The notes: a model not told the origin generated them from the sequence alone. Counted from the first letter of the stretch, positions 1-10,419 are shown. The stretch: DNA of 32,000 bases from Candidatus Babelota bacterium (GCA_039809905.1 JBDHVY010000001.1:480001-512000); one strand, 5' to 3'. Numbers and translations: made by a program.

Positions 1-24
1 GTTATTCATACGTGTTCCAAATAG

Positions 25-915
25 TTAGCTATTAGGTTTTTTAGCAAAAGAATCTACAATATTTTTAGCTGTTCCATCATAAGTTCCACCAGAATTTTTT
101 TTGGTGGCATTCAATTGCATATTTTGTGATCTCTCGGTCATACGCTTAGGATTCTGTTTATGAGCTTCACGCGTTATTGCTGGTTTATTCGCAGAATATA
201 AATGTGCAGTCTTAGGACGCGAAGTCTTAACAGGAGTAACAATATTTTGATCTGCAGGAGTATAAGCAGGAACATCTGCTAGAACTGGTTGTTTTGATGT
301 TTCTTTTTTTCTTCTTATAGTTTTTTCTTTTGGAAATGCTTTTGATAATTTTGGCACAACAACCACTTCTTCTTCAAGAAAACAGTCTTCTGCATTCTTT
401 ATAAAAGCATCTTTTGCCGCTAATTGCTGATTTGTTTGTTCATTGTATACTTCTTGTTCTGCCGCCCTTTTTGCATTCAATTGATTTTTTCTGAGTTGTT
501 TCTTTAAATCTTTTTCTGCTTGTATATCTCGTTGCTCTTTATCTTCTTTACGTTTTTTTTGCCCATCCGCAAAGTATTGCTGAGCTTCTTCATGGCGTTG
601 AAATACTACAACATCCTGATTAGCACGAGAAACACTCTTTGGCTTTTCTGTCTCTCTTGCTTGTGAATTAAAACGGACACGTTGTTCTTCTTCGACTATT
701 CTTTGCAGATGATCCAGCGATTGGGCAATAGGATGATCTTTGTCTTCTTTTTCTTGTTTGCGAGCATCTTTCAATATAATGACTCTAGACTCTTTATCGC
801 TCTTTGATCTTGTTGCTACCTGCGTTTTCTCACTGCCAAGCACACAAGAAACCGTTGCTATCATCATCAAAGCACACAAAGCTGTATGTTTTTTTATAGT
901 TCCAACCAACATAAT
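25..915 (-). CDS. Secreted, highly charged (Lys/Glu/Arg/Gln-rich) protein of unknown function; start reset to the internal Met
   Basis: The ORF track gives 25..993. The internal Met at 915 (MLVGTIKKHTALCALMMIATVSCVLG) gives a signal-peptide-like N-terminus and has a G-rich stretch (ggggggg) just upstream on the minus strand. Confidence 0.7.
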   Translation of the reverse strand: MMLVGTIKKHTALCALMMIATVSCVLGSEKTQVATRSKSDKESRVIILKDARKQEKEDKDHPIAQSLDHLQRIVEEEQRVRFNSQARETEKPKSVSRANQDVVVFQRHEEAQQYFADGQKKRKEDKEQRDIQAEKDLKKQLRKNQLNAKRAAEQEVYNEQTNQQLAAKDAFIKNAEDCFLEEEVVVVPKLSKAFPKEKTIRRKKETSKQPVLADVPAYTPADQNIVTPVKTSRPKTAHLYSANKPAITREAHKQNPKRMTERSQNMQLNATKKNSGGTYDGTAKNIVDSFAKKPNS

Positions 916-1156
916 ATAACCCCCCCGAAAATATATACGATAAATAAATGATAAATAGAGTAGAACAAACAATGAACTACTATTGAATAGCATACTATAT
1001 TTTTAAAAAAAAACATCAAAAAGAAATCATTTACCTCAAAAACAATAAAAAAAAGACCATTTTATTATTTATTTCTATGCAAACCCAAAGAAATAAATAG
1101 CAAACAGTCATAAAATTTGATATATTACGTAAAAAGAATAACTTTATGGGGGTTTT

Positions 1157-3133
1157 GTGTCTTTATTTAAACTTCATACACCATTTCCACCAGCAGGCAG
1201 CCAGCCGGAAGCCATTAAACAGCTCCTGGAAGGTCGTCCTGGTATCTCAACTCTTTTAGGCGTTACTGGCTCAGGAAAAACCTATACCATCGCCAATGTT
1301 ATCGCTCAGCAAGATAAGCCTGTTTTGATTTTAGCTCCCAATAAAACCCTTGCTGCTCAGCTTTATGAAGAATTTTCACAATTCTTTCCTGAAAATAAGG
1401 TTTGTTATTTCGTCAGTTATTATGATTATTATCAGCCTGAATCATATATGCCTGCACAAGATATTTATATTCCTAAAGAAACAAAGGTAAATAGCGAAAT
1501 TGAGCGATTACGCCTTGAAGCAACAGCATCGCTTATTAATCGTAAAGATACTATTGTTATAGCTTCTGTTTCCTGTATTTATTCCCTTGGCAACCCTAAC
1601 GATTATCGAGATCTAGCATTGTCTCTTTCAGTAGGTCAAAAAATAACTCGTGCAGAATTATTGCGGCAACTTATATTTATTCAATACACCCGTAATGATA
1701 TTGAGGCCGCATCAGGCAGGTTTTCAGTGTTTGGAAATACAATAGACGTACATTTACCCTATCAAAAGGATAAACTTCGTATCGAGCTATTTGGCGATGA
1801 AATTGAAAATTTGCTATGGGTTAGCAAGCAGAATAATACCGTCATGCGCGAACTTGATAACACCATTATTTTTCCTGCAAAACACTTTGTAACAACAGAA
1901 GAAAGAAAACAAAGTGCGCTCGAAAGCATTCAAACAGAGCTTGATGATTGGCTACCACAGGTTGCAAATCCTATTTATCACGAACGCATCAAGCAACGCG
2001 TTTCTCATGATCTTGAAATGATCGAACAAACAGGATATTGTTCTGGTATTGAAAACTATTCTGTACACTTTGATGGTCGCAAAAAGGATGGTCATCCTTA
2101 TTCGCTTTTTGACTTTTTCCCTGATGATTTTTTACTGGTCATTGATGAATCGCATATGGCTATTTCGCAATTACGCGGCATGTATGCAGGCGATCAAGCA
2201 CGTAAAAAATCATTGGTTGATTTTGGTTTTCGATTACCAAGCGCCAAAGATAATCGGCCATTACAATTTGAAGAAATTGAAAAATACTTTAAAAACGTCA
2301 TTTTTGTTTCCGCAACTCCTGGTGATTATGAATTACAACATTCTGATCAGTTTGTAGAACAAATAATCCGACCAACAGGTCTTACAGATCCTATTATTGA
2401 AATTCATGGCCGCTCGGGACAAATTACTCATCTTATTGATTCTATTCAGAAAACAACTGCTGCAGGATACCGCTCATTGGTAATGGTTATGACCAAAAAG
2501 CTTGCAGAAGAATTGGCACGTTATTTAGAAGAGCAACAGATAAAGGTTTGTTATTTGCATAGTGATCTAAAAACACCACAACGGACGGAATTATTGCAAA
2601 AACTACGACTTGGTACTTTTGATTGCCTTGTGGGAGTTAATCTATTGCGTGAAGGAATTGATCTTCCTGAAGTTGCCCTTGTTGCAATCATGGATGCGGA
2701 TTTAGAAAGCTTTTTGCGCGATAAGCGTTCCCTCATTCAGATTATTGGCCGCGCGGCTCGTAATACTGATTCAAAAGTTGTCTTATATGCAGATAAAGTT
2801 ACAGGATCGATGAAATCGGCAATTAATGAAACCAACCGTAGAAGAACATTACAGCAAGACTACAACAAAAAACACGGTATTATACCACAAACAGTAAAGC
2901 GCGATGTGATCAAAAGCATCGTCAATATTCAAGAATTGATTGCACAAGCATCAAAATCTAAAAAACAAAAAAAACAAGAAGCCCTGGCTAAAATAGTAGT
3001 TGGTTCCATCGCTGAGCGCATTATAGCTTTGGAAGAACAAATGCAACAAGCTGCTGAACGGCTTGATTTTGAAACGGCAATTGCCTTGAGATCTGAATGG
3101 CAGGGCCTGAAGGCATCAAGCGATCGCGATTGA
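1157..3133 (+). CDS. uvrB: Excinuclease ABC subunit B (UvrB)
   Basis: GTG start preceded by ggggg. Protein has FxLxxPFxPAGSQPEAI, GVTGSGKTYTIANVI, APNKTLAAQLYEEF, YDYYQPESY, the beta-hairpin region, LLREGIDLPEVALVAIMDAD, QIIGRAARN and a C-terminal UVR motif. Confidence 0.98.
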   Translation: MSLFKLHTPFPPAGSQPEAIKQLLEGRPGISTLLGVTGSGKTYTIANVIAQQDKPVLILAPNKTLAAQLYEEFSQFFPENKVCYFVSYYDYYQPESYMPAQDIYIPKETKVNSEIERLRLEATASLINRKDTIVIASVSCIYSLGNPNDYRDLALSLSVGQKITRAELLRQLIFIQYTRNDIEAASGRFSVFGNTIDVHLPYQKDKLRIELFGDEIENLLWVSKQNNTVMRELDNTIIFPAKHFVTTEERKQSALESIQTELDDWLPQVANPIYHERIKQRVSHDLEMIEQTGYCSGIENYSVHFDGRKKDGHPYSLFDFFPDDFLLVIDESHMAISQLRGMYAGDQARKKSLVDFGFRLPSAKDNRPLQFEEIEKYFKNVIFVSATPGDYELQHSDQFVEQIIRPTGLTDPIIEIHGRSGQITHLIDSIQKTTAAGYRSLVMVMTKKLAEELARYLEEQQIKVCYLHSDLKTPQRTELLQKLRLGTFDCLVGVNLLREGIDLPEVALVAIMDADLESFLRDKRSLIQIIGRAARNTDSKVVLYADKVTGSMKSAINETNRRRTLQQDYNKKHGIIPQTVKRDVIKSIVNIQELIAQASKSKKQKKQEALAKIVVGSIAERIIALEEQMQQAAERLDFETAIALRSEWQGLKASSDRD

Positions 3134-3198
3134 CAGATAGGAATTAATACTGTAAGCTAGAAAATGTAGTATTAAATCTCATTTTGCGGGATATTTCT

Positions 3199-3684
3199 AT
3201 GAAAACAAAGCAATTATTTCTTATTTTTTCTTTAATTTCAGTATTTTCATCATCATTAATCCTGAGTAGTGCATTCGAAAAAGAATGTATGCCTCAATTC
3301 TCCCTACAAGAATTACAAGAACACTACGAAGAAATAAAAAAAATAGTAGCAAATATAAAAAGTCATGAACATACAGATCCAAAAACAACCGCTGCTAACA
3401 AAAATTTAGTTGCAGCCGAGAAAAGATTAGATCGTATAGATCAGGAACTTGTGCATGCTAGAAATAAATGCTTCATTTATCGATGTTCATTCGGTCGATG
3501 GAACGAACAAGAAGATTGTATAAAAAGCAAAGAACTGTCTGAAGAATACGACAAAGCTTTGAATGATTATAAGCTTGCAAAAGATGATTATTCCTATGCA
3601 CAAGAACAATTTCTCAAGTCAATGAGACAAGAATCCGCAAACGTTGGCTATTGCATTAAACAGAGAAGATATAATAAATTATAA
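3199..3684 (+). CDS. Secreted coiled-coil/cysteine-patterned protein of unknown function (paralogue of the next ORF)
   Basis: Start at internal Met (MKTKQLFLIFSLISVFSSSLILSSA signal peptide). Shares an ECM...C...FG...DC...YC..RxYN pattern with 3871..4335. Confidence 0.7.
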   Translation: MKTKQLFLIFSLISVFSSSLILSSAFEKECMPQFSLQELQEHYEEIKKIVANIKSHEHTDPKTTAANKNLVAAEKRLDRIDQELVHARNKCFIYRCSFGRWNEQEDCIKSKELSEEYDKALNDYKLAKDDYSYAQEQFLKSMRQESANVGYCIKQRRYNKL

Positions 3685-3712
3685 GTTTCTTAAAACTAAA
3701 ATCTAAGTCCAC

Positions 3713-3750
3713 AAAAAAGGGTTTATGAAAAAAATTCATAAGCCTTTTTT
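3713..3750 (+). terminator. Rho-independent-terminator-like hairpin
   Basis: aaaaaaggg-tttatgaa / ttcataagcctttttt inverted repeat followed by T-run, between two ORFs. Confidence 0.6.
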
Positions 3751-3870
3751 TATTGGCAAAAAATGCAATTCTTTGGCACAATAAAAACAAAAAATATTTA
3801 TGAATAGACAAAAGTTATTAAGTATTGAAAGAGTGAATCAAATGAAAACCAAAATAAAAGATTATAATCT

Positions 3871-4335
3871 ATGAAAAATATATCCATATCTTCACTTATT
3901 TTTACTTTAACCTTGGCAAGCGCCACTTCTCTACTATATTCCGATGAAATCGAACGACAAAAAGAATGCATGGCAGGAATACCATTAGAAGTTTTACGTG
4001 CAATGTATGCGGAAAAATTAAAAGAAGTTGAGCCAAGCCAAGCTTATCAAAAAAAAGAAGTTCGTCAAAAACAATTTGATGCAAAATATGCTGAATACAG
4101 CAAAGCAATGAATCGATGTCATGCATACAATAATTCTTACTTTGGTGAGCTTCTTGGCCATGGCAATGCACAAGACTGCTCACAAGCTCAAGAACTTAAA
4201 AAAGAATTATTAAGAGCGGGAGATGCTTTGCAATATTCAAAGAAGCAACTATCAGAAACGCAGAAAGATTTTCTTGATCTTTATACATGCATTCATGAAA
4301 GAGAATATAATGAATTGGTAGTCACACAAGATTAA
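3871..4335 (+). CDS. Secreted cysteine-patterned protein of unknown function (paralogue of the preceding ORF)
   Basis: Signal peptide MKNISISSLIFTLTLASATSLLYS. Cysteine spacing and local residues resemble the upstream ORF. Confidence 0.7.
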   Translation: MKNISISSLIFTLTLASATSLLYSDEIERQKECMAGIPLEVLRAMYAEKLKEVEPSQAYQKKEVRQKQFDAKYAEYSKAMNRCHAYNNSYFGELLGHGNAQDCSQAQELKKELLRAGDALQYSKKQLSETQKDFLDLYTCIHEREYNELVVTQD

Positions 4336-4358
4336 GTTTTTTATCATTTTATCAAGAG

Positions 4359-4390
4359 AAGGAGCTTGTCATAATATTGGCAAGCTCCTT
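4359..4390 (+). terminator. Intergenic hairpin, terminator-like
   Basis: aaggagcttg / caagctcctt perfect 10-bp stem with a 12-nt loop downstream of 3871..4335. Confidence 0.5.
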
Positions 4391-4472
4391 GCGCTTTTCA
4401 AAGACCTGAAAGTATGTCAAGATTAAGATCAGTATAGAATGAAATATATAATGGAGCTCATAAATAGGAAAT

Positions 4473-6578
4473 GTGATGAGTAAACAAGTCTCTAAGTTGC
4501 TGCTGTGCAGTCTAGCCATTATATTTTTGGTAACGCTCAGCTATTGTTCAAAAACACAGGATATAAAAATGATTAATAAAGCATTTAATACACAAGATAT
4601 CATTTCTCTTTTTGCCATCACTACTGATGATATCACCACAAAAACACCTCTTTATATGACGCAAGCAAAAGATATTATTGATACCATAATCGCTCTTTCT
4701 GATCAAGAACGCACCTATGCTAACACTGCACGCCCATTAGATGAAGTTGTATCTCTTTCTAATTTGGCGATTGCACAAAACCTGTACTCATCTCTTGAAA
4801 TACTTCACCCCGATGAAAACATTCGCAATGCTGCACACGATGCGTATATCACCATCCAAGCATTTTGGGTTGATCATGTAGTAAGCAATAAAGCTCTTTA
4901 TAATGCATTTATGGCCTATGCATCACAGCAACGTGAAAACGAAGGTCTTTCTGCTCAACAACGCTATTTCATTAATGATACGATTGACTCATTTAAACGA
5001 GAAGGCTTATCATTACCCGATGAAACATTAGCTCAAGTTAATGTATTGCGCAAAGAATTGGCCGCACTTTCAGCAGATTTTGAACGCAATATTGCACAAG
5101 ATAATAAATCAATTACCGTAAAACGTGATGAGCTTAGAGATTTGGGTGATGATTTTATTGCAACTCTTAAACAAACAGAAGATGGACTTTATATTCTGGG
5201 CATCGATTATCCTACCTATTTTAGGGTCATGGAAAATTGCTCAGTAGCAGAAACGCGGAAAAAATTATACTTAGCATTTAGTAATCGAGCATATCCAATA
5301 AATGATGAGATACTCAAAAAATTTATCAGCAAACGTGATGAACTTGCACGTCTTTTGGGATATATCGATTATGCTCATTGCGAAATTGATGGCCAAATGG
5401 CTGCAACGCCTGAACGAGTACAAGCTTTTATTAATGATTTAATGCAACGCGCCACGATAAAAACAGAACAAGAATTTGCTCTATTAACACAATCACTACC
5501 TACATCTGTGCAACTTACTGCTGATGGCAAAATCCAGCCATGGGATATTGCCTATCTTCAGAATATGTATAAAAAAACAAATTTTAATCTTGATGAACAA
5601 AAAATAGCTGAATATTTTCCTATGCAAAAAACAGTTGATGAATTGCTTGATATTTATCGTCAGTTTTTCAGTATAGAATTTCAAGAAGAACAGGCTACTG
5701 GCTTATGGCATGAAGATGTAACCGTTGTTCGTGTACTGAATAAGGAACGCGATCAGCTACTCGGTACACTTTTACTTGATCTTTATCCGCGTCCAAACAA
5801 ATACAACCATGCTGCACATACAACTATTATTCCAAGCACTTATAAACCCGATGGTTCTCGCATTCCTGATGTTTCAATTGTTATTGCCAATTTTACTAAA
5901 TCAACCGCAACACAGCCATCGTTACTTAAACGATCTGAGGTTGAAACATTCTTCCATGAGTTTGGTCATGCATTGCATGCCGTTTTAGGAGCAACAGAAA
6001 TAGCGTCTTTATCAGGAACTCATACAAAAACAGATTTTGTTGAGCTACCATCACAAATGCTAGAAGAATGGCTTATAGATAAAGATATGCTCAAAAAAGT
6101 AAGTGGTCATTATCTCACAGGACAACAATTACCTGATGATATCATTGATACTATTATTAAACTTAAAAATCTAACCAGCGGTTATTTTGTTACCCGTCAA
6201 ACATATCTTGCAAGTCTATCTCTTTCCTATTTTGATAGCGAAAAAGATAAAAACCCTCATGCTATTATGGAACAATTACATGAACAGATCATGAAGCCGA
6301 GCGCATTTTGCAAAGACAATCATTTTTATGCCTCTTTTGGTCACTTAACTGGTGGTTATGGAGCTAAGTATTATAGTTACTTATGGTCATTAGTATTTGC
6401 ACTCGATATTTTTGCAACCATCAAAAAACATGGTCTTTTAAATCCTGAAATTGGTCAAAAATATATTAAAGAAATTCTGAGCAAAGGTGGCGCTCAAGAT
6501 CCTAATGAATTGTTGTATAATTTCTTAGGTAGAGAGCCTAATTCCCAGGCATTTTTTGAAGAAATGGGATTAAAATAG
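4473..6578 (+). CDS. M3-family zinc metallopeptidase (oligopeptidase A / thimet oligopeptidase-like), exported
   Basis: HExxH motif in VETFFHEFGHALHAVLG, followed by FVELPSQMLEEW and GYFVTRQTYLASLSLSYFD, FGHLTGGYGAKYYSYLWSL. Hydrophobic N-terminus MSKQVSKLLLCSLAIIFLVTLSYC. Confidence 0.93.
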   Translation: MMSKQVSKLLLCSLAIIFLVTLSYCSKTQDIKMINKAFNTQDIISLFAITTDDITTKTPLYMTQAKDIIDTIIALSDQERTYANTARPLDEVVSLSNLAIAQNLYSSLEILHPDENIRNAAHDAYITIQAFWVDHVVSNKALYNAFMAYASQQRENEGLSAQQRYFINDTIDSFKREGLSLPDETLAQVNVLRKELAALSADFERNIAQDNKSITVKRDELRDLGDDFIATLKQTEDGLYILGIDYPTYFRVMENCSVAETRKKLYLAFSNRAYPINDEILKKFISKRDELARLLGYIDYAHCEIDGQMAATPERVQAFINDLMQRATIKTEQEFALLTQSLPTSVQLTADGKIQPWDIAYLQNMYKKTNFNLDEQKIAEYFPMQKTVDELLDIYRQFFSIEFQEEQATGLWHEDVTVVRVLNKERDQLLGTLLLDLYPRPNKYNHAAHTTIIPSTYKPDGSRIPDVSIVIANFTKSTATQPSLLKRSEVETFFHEFGHALHAVLGATEIASLSGTHTKTDFVELPSQMLEEWLIDKDMLKKVSGHYLTGQQLPDDIIDTIIKLKNLTSGYFVTRQTYLASLSLSYFDSEKDKNPHAIMEQLHEQIMKPSAFCKDNHFYASFGHLTGGYGAKYYSYLWSLVFALDIFATIKKHGLLNPEIGQKYIKEILSKGGAQDPNELLYNFLGREPNSQAFFEEMGLK

Positions 6579-6600
6579 CCAAATTCCAGCACAATTCTAC

Positions 6601-6668
6601 ATTATGCTACAAAAGCAAAAAAAGATCCTGTTTTTATGCAGGATCTTTTTTTGCTTTTGTAGCATAAT
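6601..6668 (+). terminator. Very long perfect hairpin/terminator
   Basis: 30-bp perfect inverted repeat (attatgctacaaaagcaaaaaaagatcctg / caggatctttttttgcttttgtagcataat) with an 8-nt loop, immediately 3' of the peptidase gene. Confidence 0.8.
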
Positions 6669-6726
6669 AACAATATAGTTAAACAGTAAACTAAATATAA
6701 AAAATATATTATTTTAGAAAGCTTCA

Positions 6727-7725
6727 ATGAACAAATTGACAGTAAGTAATTTGCTTATACTCCTCAGTGCATCAATAGCAAGTTTTGGTGCGCAGCCCCA
6801 ATCTATCGCTATGGACGAACCTTTGTCTCAAATATCTTGGAATAATGTATATAAACTTTCTCGCCACAGCAATGCATATAAGCCATTCAATATTAGTGAA
6901 ATACCTGCAAATACTCCCACAAGCCCCAATGATATTTTACCTAAAAAGCCCTATTATAAAGGAACTTTAAAAAAAAATAGCCAGCAAACACAAAACAAAG
7001 AATCTGACTTTTTTATTCAAATAACTTCTTCAGTCGAATTCAAATGTGGAATTCGTATAGAAATGCCTTACAGAGGGATCCTGCCACTGCTTGTTCCTAT
7101 ATTTCTAACACCCTCTCAAGCAGAATTAATGGCAAAAAAGCGCTACCAGCATCCAGATTTTAGGGCGTTCGATGACAATAAAACTCTTTATATGATTCAT
7201 GAAGTCAACATTGAAACCAAGCCCTATAAAAATAACATTGAAATCTTAGCACAAAAACCATCTCAACAAGAGCTTGCCAACATTATTTTTCATGAATCTG
7301 CCATACTCAATATAGAACAAGATAAGAATTGGATTGGAATTAAGTACACAGATTTATCTCATTGGAGCAATCGCAAAGCAAAAACAAAATGGATAAGTAA
7401 AGATAAAAACATTACCGATGTATCATCATTATTGCAACTCATTCATGAATATAGAAAGCAACAAAAGCCCTATTTCATGATTCTATCCAACAGCATTACT
7501 AACAAAAAAATTTGTTTTGAAATAGTAAATACCATAGGGACCACAGAGATCAAAAGCAAAAAAACAGAAATAAAACAGCAGACCGAAAAATCCTATTTCG
7601 TACCAATCATTACAGTAATTACCATAACTGGCTTAATGATTGTTGCACTACAACGCTATAATTATGTATCAGAAAACATTATGAACATATTTCATATTCT
7701 GCTGCCAGAAAGACAAAAAGTCTAA
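6727..7725 (+). CDS. Hypothetical protein with N-terminal signal and C-terminal transmembrane segment
   Basis: Open frame; N-term MNKLTVSNLLILLSASIASFGAQPQS, C-term FVPIITVITITGLMIVALQRY. Confidence 0.6.
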   Translation: MNKLTVSNLLILLSASIASFGAQPQSIAMDEPLSQISWNNVYKLSRHSNAYKPFNISEIPANTPTSPNDILPKKPYYKGTLKKNSQQTQNKESDFFIQITSSVEFKCGIRIEMPYRGILPLLVPIFLTPSQAELMAKKRYQHPDFRAFDDNKTLYMIHEVNIETKPYKNNIEILAQKPSQQELANIIFHESAILNIEQDKNWIGIKYTDLSHWSNRKAKTKWISKDKNITDVSSLLQLIHEYRKQQKPYFMILSNSITNKKICFEIVNTIGTTEIKSKKTEIKQQTEKSYFVPIITVITITGLMIVALQRYNYVSENIMNIFHILLPERQKV

Positions 7726-7879
7726 CTTCCCCATAAAACCAAGTATTTTTTGAAAAAATGGGATTTAAAATAGTCAAAAATATCGTTACAATGGCCCTCT
7801 TTGACAACCATCTGTATTTCAGATAGAATTATAGAGAAATCAAAAATAGTATCTATAATAAGCTCAAGGGGGGGCTATT

Positions 7880-8107
7880 ATGTTTAATAGAAGTATTTTA
7901 TTCATTGCATGTATAGCATCAACAGGCATTTTTGCAACGCCTATTGCTCAAAAACCCAAATTATACGATTTATCGATAAAATCGCCTAGAAATAAACTTT
8001 TTATAGAAATCAGCAAAATATGCTATAAAAAAGCTCTTGAAAAAGCTGATTTGAAAGGCAAAGAATTGGTCTCCTGGTTTATTGAAAAATTAAATATCAA
8101 AAAATAA
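7880..8107 (+). CDS. Small secreted hypothetical protein
   Basis: Signal peptide MFNRSILFIACIASTGIFATP, strong G-rich upstream stretch (ggggggg), closely followed by the next ORF. Confidence 0.55.
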   Translation: MFNRSILFIACIASTGIFATPIAQKPKLYDLSIKSPRNKLFIEISKICYKKALEKADLKGKELVSWFIEKLNIKK

Positions 8108-8118
8108 GGAATATTTTT

Positions 8119-8562
8119 ATGAATATAAGAAATACAGTTCTTTCACTGATAATTTTCGGTTCAGCTTTTATCAATTTTGATATAAAAACAATAGACACCC
8201 ATACAGATCTTTCTAAAAAATCAGAGTGGTCAAAGTTGCATAAAGCCTATGCAACATCATTAGTCTCTGGTGCATTGATTGGTTCTTTTACCAGTATTCT
8301 TTCTGTATGTGCTTCTTGTAAGGCTTACAATATGTTTATCAAAAAAACCGATTCGCCTAATGCTTTTCTCATAACATTCATTACTATTCTTTCCGCAGAA
8401 TACAATTTGCGAAACAGACTTGTTACTGGATTAAACGAAAGCTTTAAAGATTATTCTATAGAAAACAAGCCAAATGTAACATCTGATATGGCATGGATAG
8501 CATCATGGATTGCATTCTTTTCTATCGATCCATTGATGGAAAAATACATTCTTAATAAGTAA
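8119..8562 (+). CDS. Hypothetical small membrane protein
   Basis: ORF 12 bp after the preceding ORF with aggaat upstream; hydrophobic N-term and internal hydrophobic segments. Confidence 0.55.
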   Translation: MNIRNTVLSLIIFGSAFINFDIKTIDTHTDLSKKSEWSKLHKAYATSLVSGALIGSFTSILSVCASCKAYNMFIKKTDSPNAFLITFITILSAEYNLRNRLVTGLNESFKDYSIENKPNVTSDMAWIASWIAFFSIDPLMEKYILNK

Positions 8563-8596
8563 AAAAACAGGGGACTCAAAAGTCCCCTGTTTTTTA
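8561..8596. terminator. Bidirectional terminator between convergent genes
   Basis: aaaaaacaggggact-caaa-agtcccctgtttttt stem-loop filling the gap between stops of 8119..8562(+) and 8598..10250(-). Confidence 0.8.
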
Positions 8597-8597
8597 C

Positions 8598-10250
8598 TTA
8601 CTTATAATCAGCATCAAATAACTCTGGCAATATTTCACAGGTTGAAGCCGATGGTTTTGGCACATTAAGCACTTCTGCTAATGTATTTGGTAATTGCAAC
8701 GGAGAAACTCGTTGACGCACATAGCGTTTCTCAAATTTTCCCGGATGAAAAATAATGAGTGGTACATGCGTATCATAATTATACGGAGTTTTATGCGCAG
8801 CGCCTTGTTTCCAATGAGTGATTATTGTATAAGGATATGGTTGCACCACTATTGAGCCACTTCTTCCCTTAAATACTTGTTTTTTTATATTATCTTCAAA
8901 TGTGTGCGGCTGTGTAGGTAGTGTTAATAAGTCATCAACAACCCATGCATTTTTAATTCCTGGCGTTGCCAATATCATTAATTTTATATCATTTAATATT
9001 GCCGTTCGCTTATCAGTATCTAATTCATCCATTGCTGCTGAATCACACACTAATTCCTGGCCTTTATAGCTAATAATAAAATCGTTTAATGAATGCTTTT
9101 TCTGCAGAGCATCATTAATACCCTTAACAAATTCAACACGATCAATTCTGTGTGCTAAATTCAAACCTTGGCTTTCTAAAAGCTCAGGAATTGGCATCAC
9201 CCCATGATCTGCTGTTAATGCAAACAACAGTTCATGTTTACCAATTATGCGTAATGTTTTACGCATAAAGCGCTGTATTTGTTTATCAAGATGATAAATC
9301 ATATCAATTGCTTCCATACTATTGGGGCCATATTGATGCGCAACTTTATCAAGTGGGCTTAAGCATACCCATAATAATAAACGATCTTTATGCTTTCTAC
9401 TTACGTGCTCTTTAATACATGCAAGAGAGCAATCAAGGATATACTGATTTGCTTGGGGAGTTTTTTCAAAAAGATGATACTCATTTTTAGGATTCGATTC
9501 ATCTGGCACTGCAAGAGATTGTCCTAGCATCGTTTGTGCACGAGTATATTCGTAGTTATTAATATTAAAAAATTTATATGCATACGGACTTTTTGGATAC
9601 ATTGGATTCCACTCAATGGAACCTAGCCTATTAACAGGATTATTTTTGTTAAATTTCTTTACCCACTCAGGCAATGTATCAAAATATGCCTTACTCGAAG
9701 TAAAACCACCATTATGACAATCCAGCCATAATGGTTTTCCTAATCTACCTGCTGTAGCAATTGCTGAACGACTTTTCCCTGAAATACTATAGGCAGTAAA
9801 GGTACTTCGGGGTTCAGTTTGTAATACACATTGATCAGATAACCCATCAACCATTAATCGATGCGCTGATTTACCATAATCATATACTCCATCAGGAGAA
9901 ATTACTGCAGCATTACCAGAATCATCATCATCGCAGCATATTTTTTTTCCATGTTCATAAAAATTATTACTCGGAATACCATGTAATCCTGCATAAGTTC
10001 CTGTATTCAAACTTGTATGTCCAGCAGCTGTGCCAGGTTGCCCACTCTCGTAATGAGCATTAGTGAAATAAACGCCATGATCAATCAGATATTTAATACC
10101 ATGCTTTAAATGAGGATACAATTTATCAATATAAGAATGTGCAAATTGATCAATAACAATAATAACCGTCAGACGTGGTGGTTTTACGTTATAAGCAGAG
10201 AGGGACATAACTGATAAGAAGATAAGATAAGACTTAAATATTTTTTTCAT
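8598..10250 (-). CDS. Alkaline phosphatase superfamily protein (PafA-like / type I phosphodiesterase-nucleotide pyrophosphatase)
   Basis: Signal peptide; VIIVIDQF (metal Asp), nucleophile region YESGQPGTAAGHTSLNTGTYAGLHGIPSNNF, LLLWVCLSPLDKVAHQYGPNS, LLFALTADHGVMPIPE. Confidence 0.88.
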   Translation of the reverse strand: MKKIFKSYLIFLSVMSLSAYNVKPPRLTVIIVIDQFAHSYIDKLYPHLKHGIKYLIDHGVYFTNAHYESGQPGTAAGHTSLNTGTYAGLHGIPSNNFYEHGKKICCDDDDSGNAAVISPDGVYDYGKSAHRLMVDGLSDQCVLQTEPRSTFTAYSISGKSRSAIATAGRLGKPLWLDCHNGGFTSSKAYFDTLPEWVKKFNKNNPVNRLGSIEWNPMYPKSPYAYKFFNINNYEYTRAQTMLGQSLAVPDESNPKNEYHLFEKTPQANQYILDCSLACIKEHVSRKHKDRLLLWVCLSPLDKVAHQYGPNSMEAIDMIYHLDKQIQRFMRKTLRIIGKHELLFALTADHGVMPIPELLESQGLNLAHRIDRVEFVKGINDALQKKHSLNDFIISYKGQELVCDSAAMDELDTDKRTAILNDIKLMILATPGIKNAWVVDDLLTLPTQPHTFEDNIKKQVFKGRSGSIVVQPYPYTIITHWKQGAAHKTPYNYDTHVPLIIFHPGKFEKRYVRQRVSPLQLPNTLAEVLNVPKPSASTCEILPELFDADYK

Positions 10251-10419
10251 ACCAACCCCTTAATATTCTAATAAGAAAAAAAACAACCAATATTTTGTGC
10301 GCAAATTCAGATTAGCACATTTATGTGGTTCAAAAAAAGATATTCCTATTTTTTAACATTCAGGACTAGCACTATCATTTCTTGTGCTATAGATTATATG
10401 TATACAAGGAGCACTACAT

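Noticed and set aside
2049-2736. ORFs 2049..2357 (+) and 2551..2736 (-)
   Set aside because: Entirely inside uvrB in other frames; shadow ORFs.
5496-5988. ORFs 5496..5684 (-) and 5776..5988 (+)
   Set aside because: Inside the M3 peptidase gene; no independent support.
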